From positions 124,001-188,000 of the forward strand of contig CDROCS010004085.1 in the NCBI GenBank assembly GCA_977020255.1: DNA of 64,000 bases, given 5' to 3'. The stretch comes from Obrimoposthia wandeli. Its lineage: Eukaryota. Position numbers and translations under genes: made by a program. Position 1 is the stretch's first letter, and every line of letters starts with the position of its first letter. The notes below the pieces were generated by a model. The model saw nothing but the letters and a program-made list of their open reading frames with translations. It did not search any database and had not been told where the DNA came from. Shown one piece after another: positions 21,357-32,715 of this stretch.

Positions 21357-21432
21357 GGGGTTATAGCTCAGCTGGGAGAGCGCCTGCCTTGCACGCAGGA
21401 GGTCTGCGGTTCGATCCCGCATAGCTCCACCA
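21357..21432 (+). tRNA. tRNA-Ala(TGC)
   Basis: 76-nt cloverleaf, anticodon arm cctgc-cTTGCAc-gcagg, CCA end. Confidence 0.95.
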
Positions 21433-21797
21433 ATTTCTTTGTAATAAAGCTAAATGAATCAGTTTTTAAGCATATTTCTTTGTATTAAAGAATTTAATGT
21501 GATTAAAAAGTGGTTCATTTTTCGTCTGAAAAGTGAAATGCATGCTCTTTAACAATCTGGAAAGCTGACTAGTAAATTCAATCGAATGATTGAATTACAA
21601 ATGTATCTTGCTTCTTTTAATAAGAACGAGATACGAGTTCTCAAAACAAACACATTCAAGTGTCTTGTGTTTTTGTCTTCACTTTTTAAAGTGGAAACAA
21701 AAGAAGAGTCCGGCGAAAACAAACCTCTCTCGATCTTGAAAAAGAACTGGAGAGAGAAACCTTGGTTGTTGCCATACGAAACCTCTTGGGGTTGTAT

Positions 21798-22758
21798 GGT
21801 TAAGTGACTAAGCGTACACGGTGGATGCCTTGGCAGTCAGAGGCGATGAAGGACGTATTAACTTGCGATAAGCGTAGATTAGGCAGTAAAAGCCACTTGA
21901 GTCTACGATTTCCGAATGGGGAAACCCACGTGCATAAGCACGTATCGTTACGTGAATACATAGCGTAACGAGGCGAACGCGGAGAACTGAAACTTCTAAG
22001 TACCCGTAGGAAAAGAAATCAACCGAGATTCCGGCAGTAGCGGCGAGCAGGCCGGATTAGCCCTTAAGCAGCATTAGCGTTAGGTGAAGGTACTGGAAAG
22101 TACAGCGATACAGGGTGATAGCCCCGCGTAACCGACAACGCTTTTGCACAACGAAATCGAGTAGGACGGGACGTGATATCCTGTTTGAACATGGGGGACC
22201 ATCCTCCAAGGCTAAATACTCCTGACTGACCGATAGTGAACCAGTACCGTGAGGAAAGGCGAAAAGAACCCTGTGAAGTGAAATAGAACCTGAAACCGTG
22301 TACGTACAAGCAGTAGGAATCCACTTGTTGGGTGACTGCGTACCTTTTGTATCAATGGGTCAGCGACTTAATTTTAGTAGCAAGGTTAACCGTTTAGGGG
22401 AGCCGGAGGGAAACCGAGTCTTAACTGGGCGTACAGTTGCTAGAAGTTAGACCCGAAACCGAGTGATCTAGCTATGAGCAGGTTGAAGGTGAGGTAACAC
22501 TTACTGGAGGACCGAGACCGACTAATGTTGAAAAATTAGCGGATGACTTGTGGATAGGGGTGAAAGGCCAATCAAATCTGGAGATAGCTGGTTCTCCCCG
22601 AAAGCTATTTAGGTAGCGCCTCGGACGAGAGTACTACTGGGGTAGAGGCACTGTTAAGGCTAGGGGGTCATCCCGACTTACCAACCCTTTGCAAACTCCG
22701 AATACCAGTAAGTACTATCCGGGAGACACACGGCGGGTGCTAACGTCCGTCGTGAAGA

Positions 22759-22789
<31 letters not shown>

Positions 22790-22862
22790 AAAGTTATAGC
22801 TAAGTGGGAAACGATGTGGAAAGGCTCAGACAACCAGGATGTTGGCTTAGAAGCAGCCACCA

Positions 22863-22895
<33 letters not shown>

Positions 22896-23696
22896 CGGTC
22901 TGCGCGGAAGATTAACGCAGGGCTAAGCTATACACCGAAGCTGCGGCAATATAACTTGTTATATTGGGTAGGGGAGCGTTCTGTAAGCCGTTGAAGGTCA
23001 ATCGTAAGGTTGGCTGGAGGTATCAAGTGCGAATGCTGACATGAGTAACGATAAAGGGAGTGAAAAACTCCTCGCCGGAAGATCAAGGGTTCCTGTCCAG
23101 CATTAATCGGGGCAGGAGTAAGTCGACCCTAAGGCGAGGCCAGGCGTAGTCGATGGGAAACGAGGTTAACTCTATTCCCGTACTGCTTATAACTGCGATG
23201 GGGGGACGGAGAAGGCTAGGTGGGCTTGACGGTTGACCGAGATTCAAAGGCATGGAAGCACAACATTCTTAGGCAAATCCGGGAATACTTCTTTAAGTAA
23301 GAGAAGGCTGAGACGTGTCGAGTCACTTTACAGTGATGAAGCCATTGATGCCATGCTTCGGGAGAAAAGCCTCTAAGCGATGAGTTATAAATGATAGTAC
23401 TCCAACCGACACGAAGGTGATCAGGTAGAGAATACCAAGGCGCTTGAGAGAACTCGGGTGAAGGAACTAGGCAAAATGGTACCGTAACTTCGGGAGAAAG
23501 AGTACGCTCCCTGGCGGTGATGAGACTTGCTCTCTAAGCTGCTGGGAGTCGCAGATACCAGGTGGCTGCAACTGTTTATTAAAACACAACACTGGCAAAA
23601 TCGAAAGGCTGACGTATACACGGTGTGAGCGCCTGCCCGGTGCCGGAAGGTTAATTGATGGGGTGAGCACGCAAGTCGAGAAGCTCTTCGACTCGG

Positions 23697-23729
<33 letters not shown>

Positions 23730-24189
23730 CTAAGGTAGCGAAATTCCTTGTCGGAGTAAGTTCCGACCTGCACAATCAGCGTAATGGCGCCACCCGGGCT
23801 GGTGGTGAAATCACCAGTGATGTGCTGCTTGCCCGCGGCTAGACGGAAAGGCCCCGTAGACACTGGCTTGGCACTGAACATTGACCCTACATGTGTAGGA
23901 TAGGTGGGGAGACTATGAAATGCGGGCGCTAGTTCGTATGGAGTCGTCATAAAAAATACCACCCTTGTATGCTTGATGTTCTAACGTTGTGGCCCCTTAG
24001 CCGGGGGTTGCGGACGGTACCTGGTGGGTAGTTTGACTGGGGCAGTCTCCTCCCAAAGAGTAACGGAGGAGCACGAAGGTGGGCTAATCACGGTCCGGAC
24101 ATCGTGAGGTTAGTGCAATGGCATAAGCCCGCTTGACTGCGAATGACAATTCGAGCAGGTGCAGCAGGTCATAGTGATCCGGTGGTTCT

Positions 24190-24245
<56 letters not shown>

Positions 24246-24517
24246 ACCGCCCAGAGTTCATATCGACGGCGGTGTTTGGCACCTCGATGTCGACTCATCA
24301 CATCCTGGGTAGATTTTAAGGGGTATGGCTGTTCGCCATTTAAAGAATGACGTTACGCGAGCTGGGTTTAGAACGTCGTGAGACAGTTCGGTCCCCTATC
24401 TGCCGTGGGCGTTGGATGATTGAAGGGGCTGCTCCTAGTACGAGAGGACCGGGTGGACGAACCTCACAGTGTTCGGGTTGTTGCATGATAGCATTGCCGG
24501 TAGCTAAGTTCGGGATC

Positions 24518-24548
<31 letters not shown>

Positions 24549-24689
24549 AGCGAGCCTGAGATGAGTCATCCCTGATACTATAAGTATCTGAGGACTGTTG
24601 AAGACTACGACGTTGATAGGCAGGGTGTGTAAAGTGCTGCGAGGGGGCATTGAGCTAACTTGTACTAATTACCCGTGAGGCTTAACCAT
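21798..24689 (+). rRNA. rrl: 23S rRNA (many indels/substitutions at conserved positions)
   Basis: Starts GGTTAAGTGACTAAGCGTACACGG and ends GGCTTAACCAT; recognisable throughout. Confidence 0.95.
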
Positions 24690-24822
24690 ACAACACCCAA
24701 GGGGTTTTACGGACTCACGAACACTTGAATGTTTTGGACATTGTTTTTGTTATCGAAAAGATAGACTAGTTAGATTTCCAGATTGCTATTGTTAGCATTG
24801 CTAACAATAAAAGAGAATTTAA

Positions 24823-24940
24823 TGCAGGCGACAATAGCGCTGTGGTACCACCTGATCCCTTTCCGAACTCAGAAGTGAAACGCAGTTGCGCCGATGGTAG
24901 TGTGGGGTTTCCCCATGTGAGAGTAGGTCATCGCCAAGCG
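24823..24940 (+). rRNA. rrf: 5S rRNA
   Basis: CCGAACTCAGAAGTGAAAC and GATGGTAGTGTGGGG..CCCCATGTGAGAGTAGG core. Confidence 0.93.
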
Positions 24941-25039
24941 CCTAATTCGTTTCATTTTTTCTTTAGAAAATATGAAGACAAAAATAAAACGGTGAACCGT
25001 TTTTATTGTAAGTAATAGCATTATGCTGAATAGACACTG

Positions 25040-25115
25040 CGGGTGGTAGTTCGGTTGGTTAGAATACCGGCCTGTCACGCCGGGGGTCGCGTTGAAGTCC
25101 CCGTCCACTCCGCCA
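25040..25115 (+). tRNA. tRNA-Asp(GTC); T-arm and acceptor stem damaged in this sequence
   Basis: ccggc-CTGTCAC-gccgg anticodon arm and CCA end; T-loop reads gttgaag. Confidence 0.75.
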
Positions 25116-25151
25116 TTTATTAAGACAAAGTTAAGTCTTTAAAATAACTAC

Positions 25152-25164
25152 AGGGGTGTAGCTC

Positions 25165-25195
<31 letters not shown>

Positions 25196-25228
25196 GTGTT
25201 GGGAGTTCGAATCTCTCCACCCCTGCCA
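25152..25228 (+). tRNA. tRNA-Trp(CCA)
   Basis: gcgga-TTCCAAA-tccgc anticodon arm, intact T-loop, CCA end. Confidence 0.95.
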
Positions 25229-25423
25229 TATTAAATAAAAATATGAGCCTCATAAATCCAGCTGAGGCCGATTTTGGATGAGGTCTGCCTTTTACATATG
25301 CTAAGAAATACCTACAGGAATTAACCTATTGAGCTCAGCACTGAATTTCACCACAGCCCTACCTGACAAATAAAAAAAGCCTCAGAAATTTGGTGTCCCT
25401 TCCTTTTAAGATCTACTAAATAT

Positions 25424-26027
25424 CTGAGAAACGGACTTAAATTCACACATGAGGAGCACTGAGCGTTTCAAGCTACCTGCCGCTTGTTTCAACCGCAGTT
25501 ACCGCATGATACGCCACCTTCTGTGAAACAGGATCCCGACATCCACACGATTATATCCCCCTTACTCCTCTCTTGAGAGTAATACCTGAAGCCGTTGTTT
25601 TACCACTGCTAATTTTTCAGGTCAGTGTAGCAAATCTTGAGCTTTGACGCTGTCTATGTCCATATGAAGCTGGGAACAGCTTGGGCAGATGTTGCCATGG
25701 ATCAGCCAACAGCGTGCAACGCGGTTAGGAAGCCAAAGAAAGGAAGCATCGGACGTGATCGATTGTCTTGGTAGAAATAAAGGCGGATTCAACTTATGCC
25801 AATTTGCCTGGCTATCGATTGGCATCGATAAGGCGATTTGCTTAACAGACCAGTGTGGATTTACCTGGTATCAAGAAACATCGATATATGGTGGTGAACA
25901 AGCTATTGCTGCCACGATATGCACAAACATCAATTTTAATGAGGAAGAACAAGCCAACGGTGATTAGTCACGATATGAAAGAGGCTTCTTTAACAGACTC
26001 TGTTTCCTTGAGGTCTGTTTCCCTCAG
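25424..26027 (+). mobile_element. Degenerate IS5-family remnant (transposase pseudogene with imperfect terminal inverted repeats)
   Basis: Fragments across frames resemble IS5-family transposase: WADVAMD, LGRNKGGF, ICLAID and IAxRYxxT. Left ctgagaaacggac is an imperfect inverted repeat of right gtctgtttccctcag. Confidence 0.6.
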
Positions 26028-26188
26028 AACTGATTTTTTGGATGCAGAAGTTATTGCAATGGAACGAGATAAATTAACGATTATGCTCAAGAGAACACTT
26101 ACACCAACACTACCTGTAGGTTGTACATTTACCGTGCAAATCCATAGACAAAACATGATGGTGAGAACATTCACTCAGAGTTGATCTT

Positions 26189-26207
26189 GGTGATAATAAT
26201 TCTTATT
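26189..26207. promoter_or_regulatory. Candidate Fur box upstream of the MFS gene
   Basis: TGATAAT-A-ATTCTTA matches the 7-1-7 Fur motif at 12 of 14 positions. Confidence 0.55.
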
Positions 26208-26268
26208 CATTGTTTTGGTGGCAATGAATGGTTACACTCAGCGTTCCTTCTCTTTAGAATGCCTTGTC

Positions 26269-27492
26269 ATGGACGATCACTTAAAAACAAAATCTCGTGT
26301 TTTGCACCTTGCACTACTTATTAATATGTTATCAATTGGTACATTAATGATGGTTATGCCATTAGGTGCAGATTTTGTGAAACACCTGAATATGCAACCT
26401 GAACATATTGGTTATATTAGTGGGGGTGCAACATTTGCTTCTGCATTAGTAGGTTTTTTTCTAGCTCCTTATTTAGATCGATATGATCGTAAGTCTGCAT
26501 TAATATTATTCTTACTGGTTCGTTCTGTCATTATTATTATATGTGGCTTCTCAACAACGCAGAATGAATTATTATTTTGGTTTGTTTTAGCAGGATGCTT
26601 TGCTGGGCCAATAAGTGGTTTAACGATGGCGTCTGTTATTGATATTACAGAAGTAAAAGAACGAGGAAAATCCATTGCGTTTGTTGCCAGTGGTTTTTCA
26701 TTGGCTGCCATTATAATTGTGCCAATTTCGTTAGAATTATCTGCCCATTTCTCATGGCAAGTTACTTTCTTTCTTTTTGGTAGTATAGGAGCCGGCTTTT
26801 CTCTACTTAGTCATTGGTATTTTCCATCGATGGTAGGGCATAAGGCCGTGGGTGATAAGCAACAATCTTCCTCAGGCGGAATGGCTGAAATGATCACAAG
26901 CCCTGTCTTTATGTCTGCATTGAGTATTGTCGGTATTAGCATGTTTGGCCATTTCTTACTGGTTCCAAATCTTTCCACTTTCTTCCAATTCAATCTTCAT
27001 TTTCCACGAGAACAAATCAGTGTGTTGTATTTACTTGGTGGTGTAGCGAGTATTTTTTCGATGCAGTTTTGTGGGCAGATGCTGGATAAGGGCTGGGTAA
27101 CGCAGACAGTATGGGTAACTAGTCTTTTGGTGGCACTAGTAACGTTCATAGGGTTCTTATGGCAAGGAACTTGGCCGTTATATGTTGTGTTTACCTTGTT
27201 CATGGCATCGAGTTCAGCCAGGAGTGCATCTGTTTCAGCAATAACATCGCGTGTTCCATTGCCTCACCAACGAGCGGCCTTTATGTCTTACCAAGGAACG
27301 TTTTCGAACGTGGCGGCAGGTCTTGCGAGTGCCGTTTCATCTCTTTATTTAATATCAGATCCTGCTGGGCGTTTAATTGGGATTGAAACCTTAGCCATGG
27401 TTACTATTGGCTGTGCGCTGATGGTGCCATTTGTGGTAAGCATTTTAATGAGCTTGCTTGTACGACGCCAACAGACAGCCCTTCAATTATAA
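26269..27492 (+). CDS. MFS transporter, probable siderophore exporter
   Basis: About 12 TM segments, motif-A-like LDRYDRK and ERGK loop; first gene of the siderophore locus. Confidence 0.85.
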   Translation: MDDHLKTKSRVLHLALLINMLSIGTLMMVMPLGADFVKHLNMQPEHIGYISGGATFASALVGFFLAPYLDRYDRKSALILFLLVRSVIIIICGFSTTQNELLFWFVLAGCFAGPISGLTMASVIDITEVKERGKSIAFVASGFSLAAIIIVPISLELSAHFSWQVTFFLFGSIGAGFSLLSHWYFPSMVGHKAVGDKQQSSSGGMAEMITSPVFMSALSIVGISMFGHFLLVPNLSTFFQFNLHFPREQISVLYLLGGVASIFSMQFCGQMLDKGWVTQTVWVTSLLVALVTFIGFLWQGTWPLYVVFTLFMASSSARSASVSAITSRVPLPHQRAAFMSYQGTFSNVAAGLASAVSSLYLISDPAGRLIGIETLAMVTIGCALMVPFVVSILMSLLVRRQQTALQL

Positions 27493-27631
27493 TGACGGTT
27501 ATAAGCTATTGTTTTTAATATCACAGGAAAATTTACAGTTGATTAATAGCTTATGAAAAAGAAATAATAAGTCCTTAATTCATAACTGCGATCAATATCT
27601 TGTTTTTAATCATAATGTTCAGAATGCACCA

Positions 27632-27664
27632 TTGACGATGCGAATGATAATGACTATCATTCAC
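27632..27664 (+). promoter_or_regulatory. Sigma70 promoter (TTGACG-N17-TATCAT) overlapped by tandem Fur boxes
   Basis: gcgaatgataatgactatc and gataatgactatcattcac each match GATAATGATAATCATTATC at 15/19. Confidence 0.85.
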
Positions 27665-27683
27665 CAAATTATCGTAATGGAGT

Positions 27684-29633
27684 ATGAACATGTTTCAGCA
27701 TCAGGGAGATAGCCGTTTTGCGCTAACTCAGTTAAATAAAGCGTTTATGGCTATTGGTCTATTATCTTCTTCAATGGTAATGGCAGATACTGCAACTACT
27801 GATGATGTTATGGTCATTACCGCGTCACAAACTAAGCATCCAGAACTTACTGCTCCTGCATCAGTTTCTTATATTACGCGTGAGGAATTGGACAAATTAG
27901 TGGTTAATGATGTGGCAGAAGCCGTGAAGAAGTTACCGGGAATTAATATTAATCCAGGTACACCTTATGGCCGTAATGAGATTAAAATCCGTGGCTTGGA
28001 TTCTGATTACACTCTTCTTTTGATCAACGGCAAACGTACGAGTTCCCGCGATGCGCTGACATCGTCGTACGGTAATGACTTTGATCTTTCAAGTATCCCA
28101 ATGTCTGCGGTTGAGCGTATTGAAGTCATTCGTGGCCCCATGTCATCACTTTATGGTGCTGATGCTCTGGGTGGTGTAGTGAACGTGATTCTCCGCCAAC
28201 CGACAGAACAAACAGAAGGTGCGGTGGGTTATCAATACGAAGGCCCTACGGAAGGTAGCGGTGGTGATGTACACAAATGGAATGTGTATGCTGGCGGTTC
28301 TCTGATACCGGATACATTGCTGGGCAATATTATTATCGAACAGAGTTCTCGTGATGCGTGGCGTACTGACCAATCGTTAAATCCCGATTCTGACGTTCTG
28401 GAAGAGCGTGATGAACTGAATATCTTCTCTAGCTTAAAATGGCTGGCAACTGATCAGCAAGATATTGATCTTGACGTTATTTATAGTAAAGACGATCGTG
28501 ATGCTGATTGGAACAACTGGGGAACGGCGGTGAATAACGTTCAGAAACTTGAACGTATTAATGCCACATTAACCCATAACGGTTACTGGTCAAAGTTTGA
28601 TTCACGAGTGCGTTATAACTACGAAAATTCTGATTTAAAAGATGACTCAGGCCTGAATAAGGGTGTGGGTGATATTACACAGACTAATAATACACTTGAT
28701 GGTCAGCTGTCTGGTTATGTGGGTTCACACATGCTGACGGGCGGTGCGGAGTACCGTGTTACCGATCTGAAGAATAATCTAACACTTTCTAAAGGGTCGG
28801 AAGGTTACAACCAATCCGCGATTTATCTGCAAGATGAGTTTGAAATTGGTGATTTGGCCGTTACTTTAGGCGGCCGATTTGATGACCACGAAGTTTACGG
28901 TGGTGAGTTTAGCCCACGTGCTTATGCGGTTTATAGCATTACAGATAACTGGGTTGTGAAAGGGGGCGTGGGTAAAGCCTTTAAAGCACCGAGCTTGAAT
29001 CAATACAGTGATTCATACGCTGTGCTTGCCTGCCGTGGTGCGTGTTCCGTCGTGGGTAATCCTGACTTGAAAGCTGAAACAGCAATTAGTTATGAGCTTT
29101 CAACGGGCTATAAAGCAGATAGCTGGGGCGCTACAGTAACAGCGTTTAATAACGACATTGATGACATGATCCAAGCAGAGACTTGGGACCGTGTTAAAAA
29201 AGAACTTACGTACTTTAATGTAAAAGAAGCACAGGTGCGTGGTGCTGAGCTGTCAGGTTGGTTTGATGTTACGGATACCGTGAGCCTATCGGCGAACTAT
29301 ATGTATACCGATGCCAAAGACAAGACGACAGACAAAGAGCTGACATTGACGCCGAAAAATACGGCAAATGTTCAAGTTGATTGGCAAATGCTAGAAAATG
29401 TATACACCTATGTGTCTTACCAATACACCGGTGAGCAGTATGTGCGAACTGATGAAAAGTCGGATGGTTATGGCACATTTGATCTAGGCGCACAGTATGA
29501 AGCGGTTAAAAACCTAAACCTGAAATTAGGGGTAACTAATCTTACTGATGAAAAGCGTGATGATGCGGCAGTGAAACATGATTATATCATGAAGAGCCGT
29601 ACGATTTATGCGGGTGCATCTTACGCTTTCTAA
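27684..29633 (+). CDS. TonB-dependent catecholate-siderophore receptor (IrgA/CirA-like)
   Basis: Signal peptide, TonB-box-like DVMVITAS, IERIEVIRGPMSSLYG-type plug motif, GNPDLKAET and C-terminal Phe. Confidence 0.93.
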   Translation: MNMFQHQGDSRFALTQLNKAFMAIGLLSSSMVMADTATTDDVMVITASQTKHPELTAPASVSYITREELDKLVVNDVAEAVKKLPGININPGTPYGRNEIKIRGLDSDYTLLLINGKRTSSRDALTSSYGNDFDLSSIPMSAVERIEVIRGPMSSLYGADALGGVVNVILRQPTEQTEGAVGYQYEGPTEGSGGDVHKWNVYAGGSLIPDTLLGNIIIEQSSRDAWRTDQSLNPDSDVLEERDELNIFSSLKWLATDQQDIDLDVIYSKDDRDADWNNWGTAVNNVQKLERINATLTHNGYWSKFDSRVRYNYENSDLKDDSGLNKGVGDITQTNNTLDGQLSGYVGSHMLTGGAEYRVTDLKNNLTLSKGSEGYNQSAIYLQDEFEIGDLAVTLGGRFDDHEVYGGEFSPRAYAVYSITDNWVVKGGVGKAFKAPSLNQYSDSYAVLACRGACSVVGNPDLKAETAISYELSTGYKADSWGATVTAFNNDIDDMIQAETWDRVKKELTYFNVKEAQVRGAELSGWFDVTDTVSLSANYMYTDAKDKTTDKELTLTPKNTANVQVDWQMLENVYTYVSYQYTGEQYVRTDEKSDGYGTFDLGAQYEAVKNLNLKLGVTNLTDEKRDDAAVKHDYIMKSRTIYAGASYAF

Positions 29634-29660
29634 TAACCATCGTTAACCATGCTTATATAT

Positions 29661-29693
29661 AATAATAAGGGCTGATGTCTAGCCCTTGTTATT
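29661..29693 (+). terminator. Hairpin/terminator after the receptor gene
   Basis: aataataagggct-gatgtct-agcccttgttatt. Confidence 0.7.
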
Positions 29694-29861
29694 TATGGTG
29701 TATATAAAGGCCATAAATAATACCAATCATAATAATAAAAACACTAGTGGCTATGTGATGCATAATCAGCTTTTACGGCTGGATAAATAAAGATATTAAC
29801 TATGTGAAATATTGTCATAGCGAATTATTTTATACCATTTGCGTAAATAGGGAGTTGTGTC

Positions 29862-31061
29862 ATGCAACGAACGCAAAGTGAGAAGTTAACGTTTAGTTTT
29901 GCATCATTCTCACCAAAAACAGAATTTATATTTACATCTGAACACCGTAGTTTAATTGCATCTGGTATAAATCAAACGATTATACAACCTGCTATTGATG
30001 GTGATGAGAATAACAGTTTATTTCAGCGGGCAATTCAACGAGCTTTTTTATTAGAAAAACAAAAAGGAATTAATAACCCGATAATTATCGGTTCTATTCC
30101 TTTTGATGTGAACCAACCATCTTGTTTGTATGTACCGACGGCTTTTGAGTTTATTGACAGACATGCTTTTCAACATGCGACACCAGCTATTTCATTTACA
30201 CCTCCTGCGGTTGAAGTGCTTTCTGCTCGGAGTGTTCCTAATGAACATTCGTTTAAATCTGCTGTCGCTCAAGCAGTGGAGAAGTTTCAGTCTACTAGCC
30301 TTGAAAAAGCCGTGTTATCGCGAGTGTTAAATCTTGAATTGGATGGCAATATTTCTCCTGAGTATGTGCTAAGACGTTTGATGGCACAAAATCCCACGGG
30401 TTATCACTTTTCCATTCCACAAGCGGACGGTTCGATTTTATTAGGGGCCAGCCCTGAATTACTTATTCGTAAGCAGGGGCAACAGTTGTCGTCAAATCCT
30501 TTAGCTGGATCGGCTAAACGTCAACAAACTGAAGCCGATGAATTACGCGTGAGTCAGGCTTTGTTGGCATCCACAAAAGATCGCTATGAACACCGTTTGG
30601 TTATTGATGAAATTCAACGACTCTTGGCTCCTCATTGTGTTGAGTTGCATGTGCCTGATGACCCATCGTTGATTAATACTCCTGCTATGTGGCACTTATC
30701 GACTAAGATTTCAGGCACATTAAAATCGCCTTCTACCAGCGCATTGCAGCTTGCCTGCTTGTTGCATCCAACACCCGCGGTGTGCGGCTTTCCGTTTGAT
30801 TTATCACGCTGTGCAATTAATGAACTGGAGTCGTTTGAACGCGGTATGTTCAGCGGCATGGTGGGTTGGTGTGATGCAGAGGGTAATGGGGAATGGGCAG
30901 TGACCATTCGGTGCGGAAAAGTATTGAATAACACAGTGAGCTTATTTGCAGGTGCTGGCATTGTCGATGCATCGTGTCCGCAATCGGAATGGGCGGAAAC
31001 GGAGGCCAAACTGGGTACCATGCTTAATGCTTTTGGACTGAAAAGTAAGGAATCAGCATGA
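29862..31061 (+). CDS. entC: Isochorismate synthase (EntC/AmoC-like)
   Basis: [27 protein letters not shown] and FAGAGIV chorismate-binding motifs. Confidence 0.93.
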   Translation: MQRTQSEKLTFSFASFSPKTEFIFTSEHRSLIASGINQTIIQPAIDGDENNSLFQRAIQRAFLLEKQKGINNPIIIGSIPFDVNQPSCLYVPTAFEFIDRHAFQHATPAISFTPPAVEVLSARSVPNEHSFKSAVAQAVEKFQSTSLEKAVLSRVLNLELDGNISPEYVLRRLMAQNPTGYHFSIPQADGSILLGASPELLIRKQGQQLSSNPLAGSAKRQQTEADELRVSQALLASTKDRYEHRLVIDEIQRLLAPHCVELHVPDDPSLINTPAMWHLSTKISGTLKSPSTSALQLACLLHPTPAVCGFPFDLSRCAINELESFERGMFSGMVGWCDAEGNGEWAVTIRCGKVLNNTVSLFAGAGIVDASCPQSEWAETEAKLGTMLNAFGLKSKESA

Positions 31062-32701
31062 CTATTCCGTTTACCCCTTGGCCTGCTGAATTTACTGAAC
31101 GATACATTGAAAAAGGGTATTGGATTGACTTACCGTTGACCGATATTGTGACGCGCCATTGCGTTGATTCAACGTCTGCATCACGCACTGCACTAATTTG
31201 CCACCAGCGTCAGTTTAGCTATGACGAGCTTCATCGCTTGTCGGATACGCTTGCTCATCACTTGCATGATCAAGGTTTTCAAGCGGGTGAAACTGCTGTG
31301 GTGCAGTTACCGAATGTAGCTGAATTTTATATCGTTTTTCTTGCACTATTGAAAGTGGGCATAGTTCCTGTTAATGCGCTATTTAATCATAAACAGCTTG
31401 AACTACGTGCTTATATAGAACAAGTACAGCCTGCTTTGATGGTGGTTTCTAACAGCCATCAACTGTTTCATGACGATAGTTTTGTTACTGAATTAAATGC
31501 CAATACGCCGACGATCCGTCATTGGTTAGTTGAAGGTGAAGCAACATTTGGTACGTCAATAACCGAACTCTTGATGGCTCAGCAGGAAGATCCAAACGAG
31601 GAGGTAGTGGAATTCACATCTACCTCCACTTCTGAAGTGGCTTTCTTTCAGCTCTCCGGTGGCAGTACAGGTACTCCAAAATTGATTCCGCGAACGCACA
31701 ATGATTACTACTATAGTGTCCGTGCCAGCGCTGAAATTTGTCAATTAGATAGCAATACTGTGTATTTGTGCGCATTGCCTGCACCGCATAATTTCTCGCT
31801 TAGCTCGCCAGGGGCATTTGGTGTGTTTTATGTAGGCGGTACTGTGGTGTTGGCTACAGATCCTAGCGCCATGAGCTGTTTTCCATTGATCCATAAGCAT
31901 CGCGTCACTATGACTGCCTTGGTTCCCCCTGCAGTAACATTGTGGTTGCAAGCGGCGAGTGATTATAAACGTCACCTTGTTAGCTTGAATGTGTTGCAAG
32001 TGGGCGGAGCACGTTTGAGCGAATCGTTAGCGAAGCAGATTACTCCCGTTTTAGGGTGCCAGTTACAGCAAGTATTTGGTATGGCCGAAGGCTTGGTGAA
32101 TTACACCCGATTCGATGATGACACCTGGCACGTTTTCAATACCCAAGGTCGTCCAATCAGTAACGATGATGAAGTTAAAATTGTTGATGAACATGGTAAT
32201 GAAGTGCCTGACGGCATAGCGGGAGCGTTACTTACTCGTGGTCCGTATACCTTCCGCGGCTACTTCAATAGCCCAGCCCACAATGCAAATGCTTTTGATG
32301 CCGACGGTTTTTACCGTTCTGGCGATATCGTGAAACGTACTACTACGGGCTACTTGATTGTGGTGGGGCGCGATAAAGATCAGATCAACCGTGGTGGCGA
32401 AAAAATTGCGGCTGAAGAAGTCGAAAATCAATTATTAATCCACGAGGCGGTTACTAACGCAGCCTTGGTTTCGATGCCAGATACCGTAATGGGAGAAAAA
32501 AGCTGTGCCTTTGTGATTACGACTAATCCGGCATTAAAAGCCATCACCCTTCGTAAACATCTTCGCGCCCAAGGCGTTGCAGAATATAAGTTGCCCGACC
32601 GTGTTGAGTTTGTTGCTCACTTACCAATGACCCCAGTCGGGAAAGTCGATAAAAAAAAGTTACGTCAGACCATTCAACAGACATTAATAATTAAAAAATA
32701 A
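31058..32701 (+). CDS. entE: 2,3-dihydroxybenzoate-AMP ligase (EntE/AmoE-like)
   Basis: [48 protein letters not shown] and QINRGGEKI motifs. Confidence 0.95.
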   Translation: MTIPFTPWPAEFTERYIEKGYWIDLPLTDIVTRHCVDSTSASRTALICHQRQFSYDELHRLSDTLAHHLHDQGFQAGETAVVQLPNVAEFYIVFLALLKVGIVPVNALFNHKQLELRAYIEQVQPALMVVSNSHQLFHDDSFVTELNANTPTIRHWLVEGEATFGTSITELLMAQQEDPNEEVVEFTSTSTSEVAFFQLSGGSTGTPKLIPRTHNDYYYSVRASAEICQLDSNTVYLCALPAPHNFSLSSPGAFGVFYVGGTVVLATDPSAMSCFPLIHKHRVTMTALVPPAVTLWLQAASDYKRHLVSLNVLQVGGARLSESLAKQITPVLGCQLQQVFGMAEGLVNYTRFDDDTWHVFNTQGRPISNDDEVKIVDEHGNEVPDGIAGALLTRGPYTFRGYFNSPAHNANAFDADGFYRSGDIVKRTTTGYLIVVGRDKDQINRGGEKIAAEEVENQLLIHEAVTNAALVSMPDTVMGEKSCAFVITTNPALKAITLRKHLRAQGVAEYKLPDRVEFVAHLPMTPVGKVDKKKLRQTIQQTLIIKK

Positions 32702-32715
32702 AAGGACGTTTAATC

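Noticed and set aside
24785-25010. Palindromes around the 5S gene (tattgttagcattgctaacaata; aataaaacggtgaaccgtttttatt)
   Set aside because: Ordinary rrn spacer hairpins; single copies, not repeat elements.
19704-25108. About 14 ORF-track ORFs inside the rRNA operon
   Set aside because: They overlap 16S/23S/5S/tRNA sequence; these are chance frames with no protein motifs.
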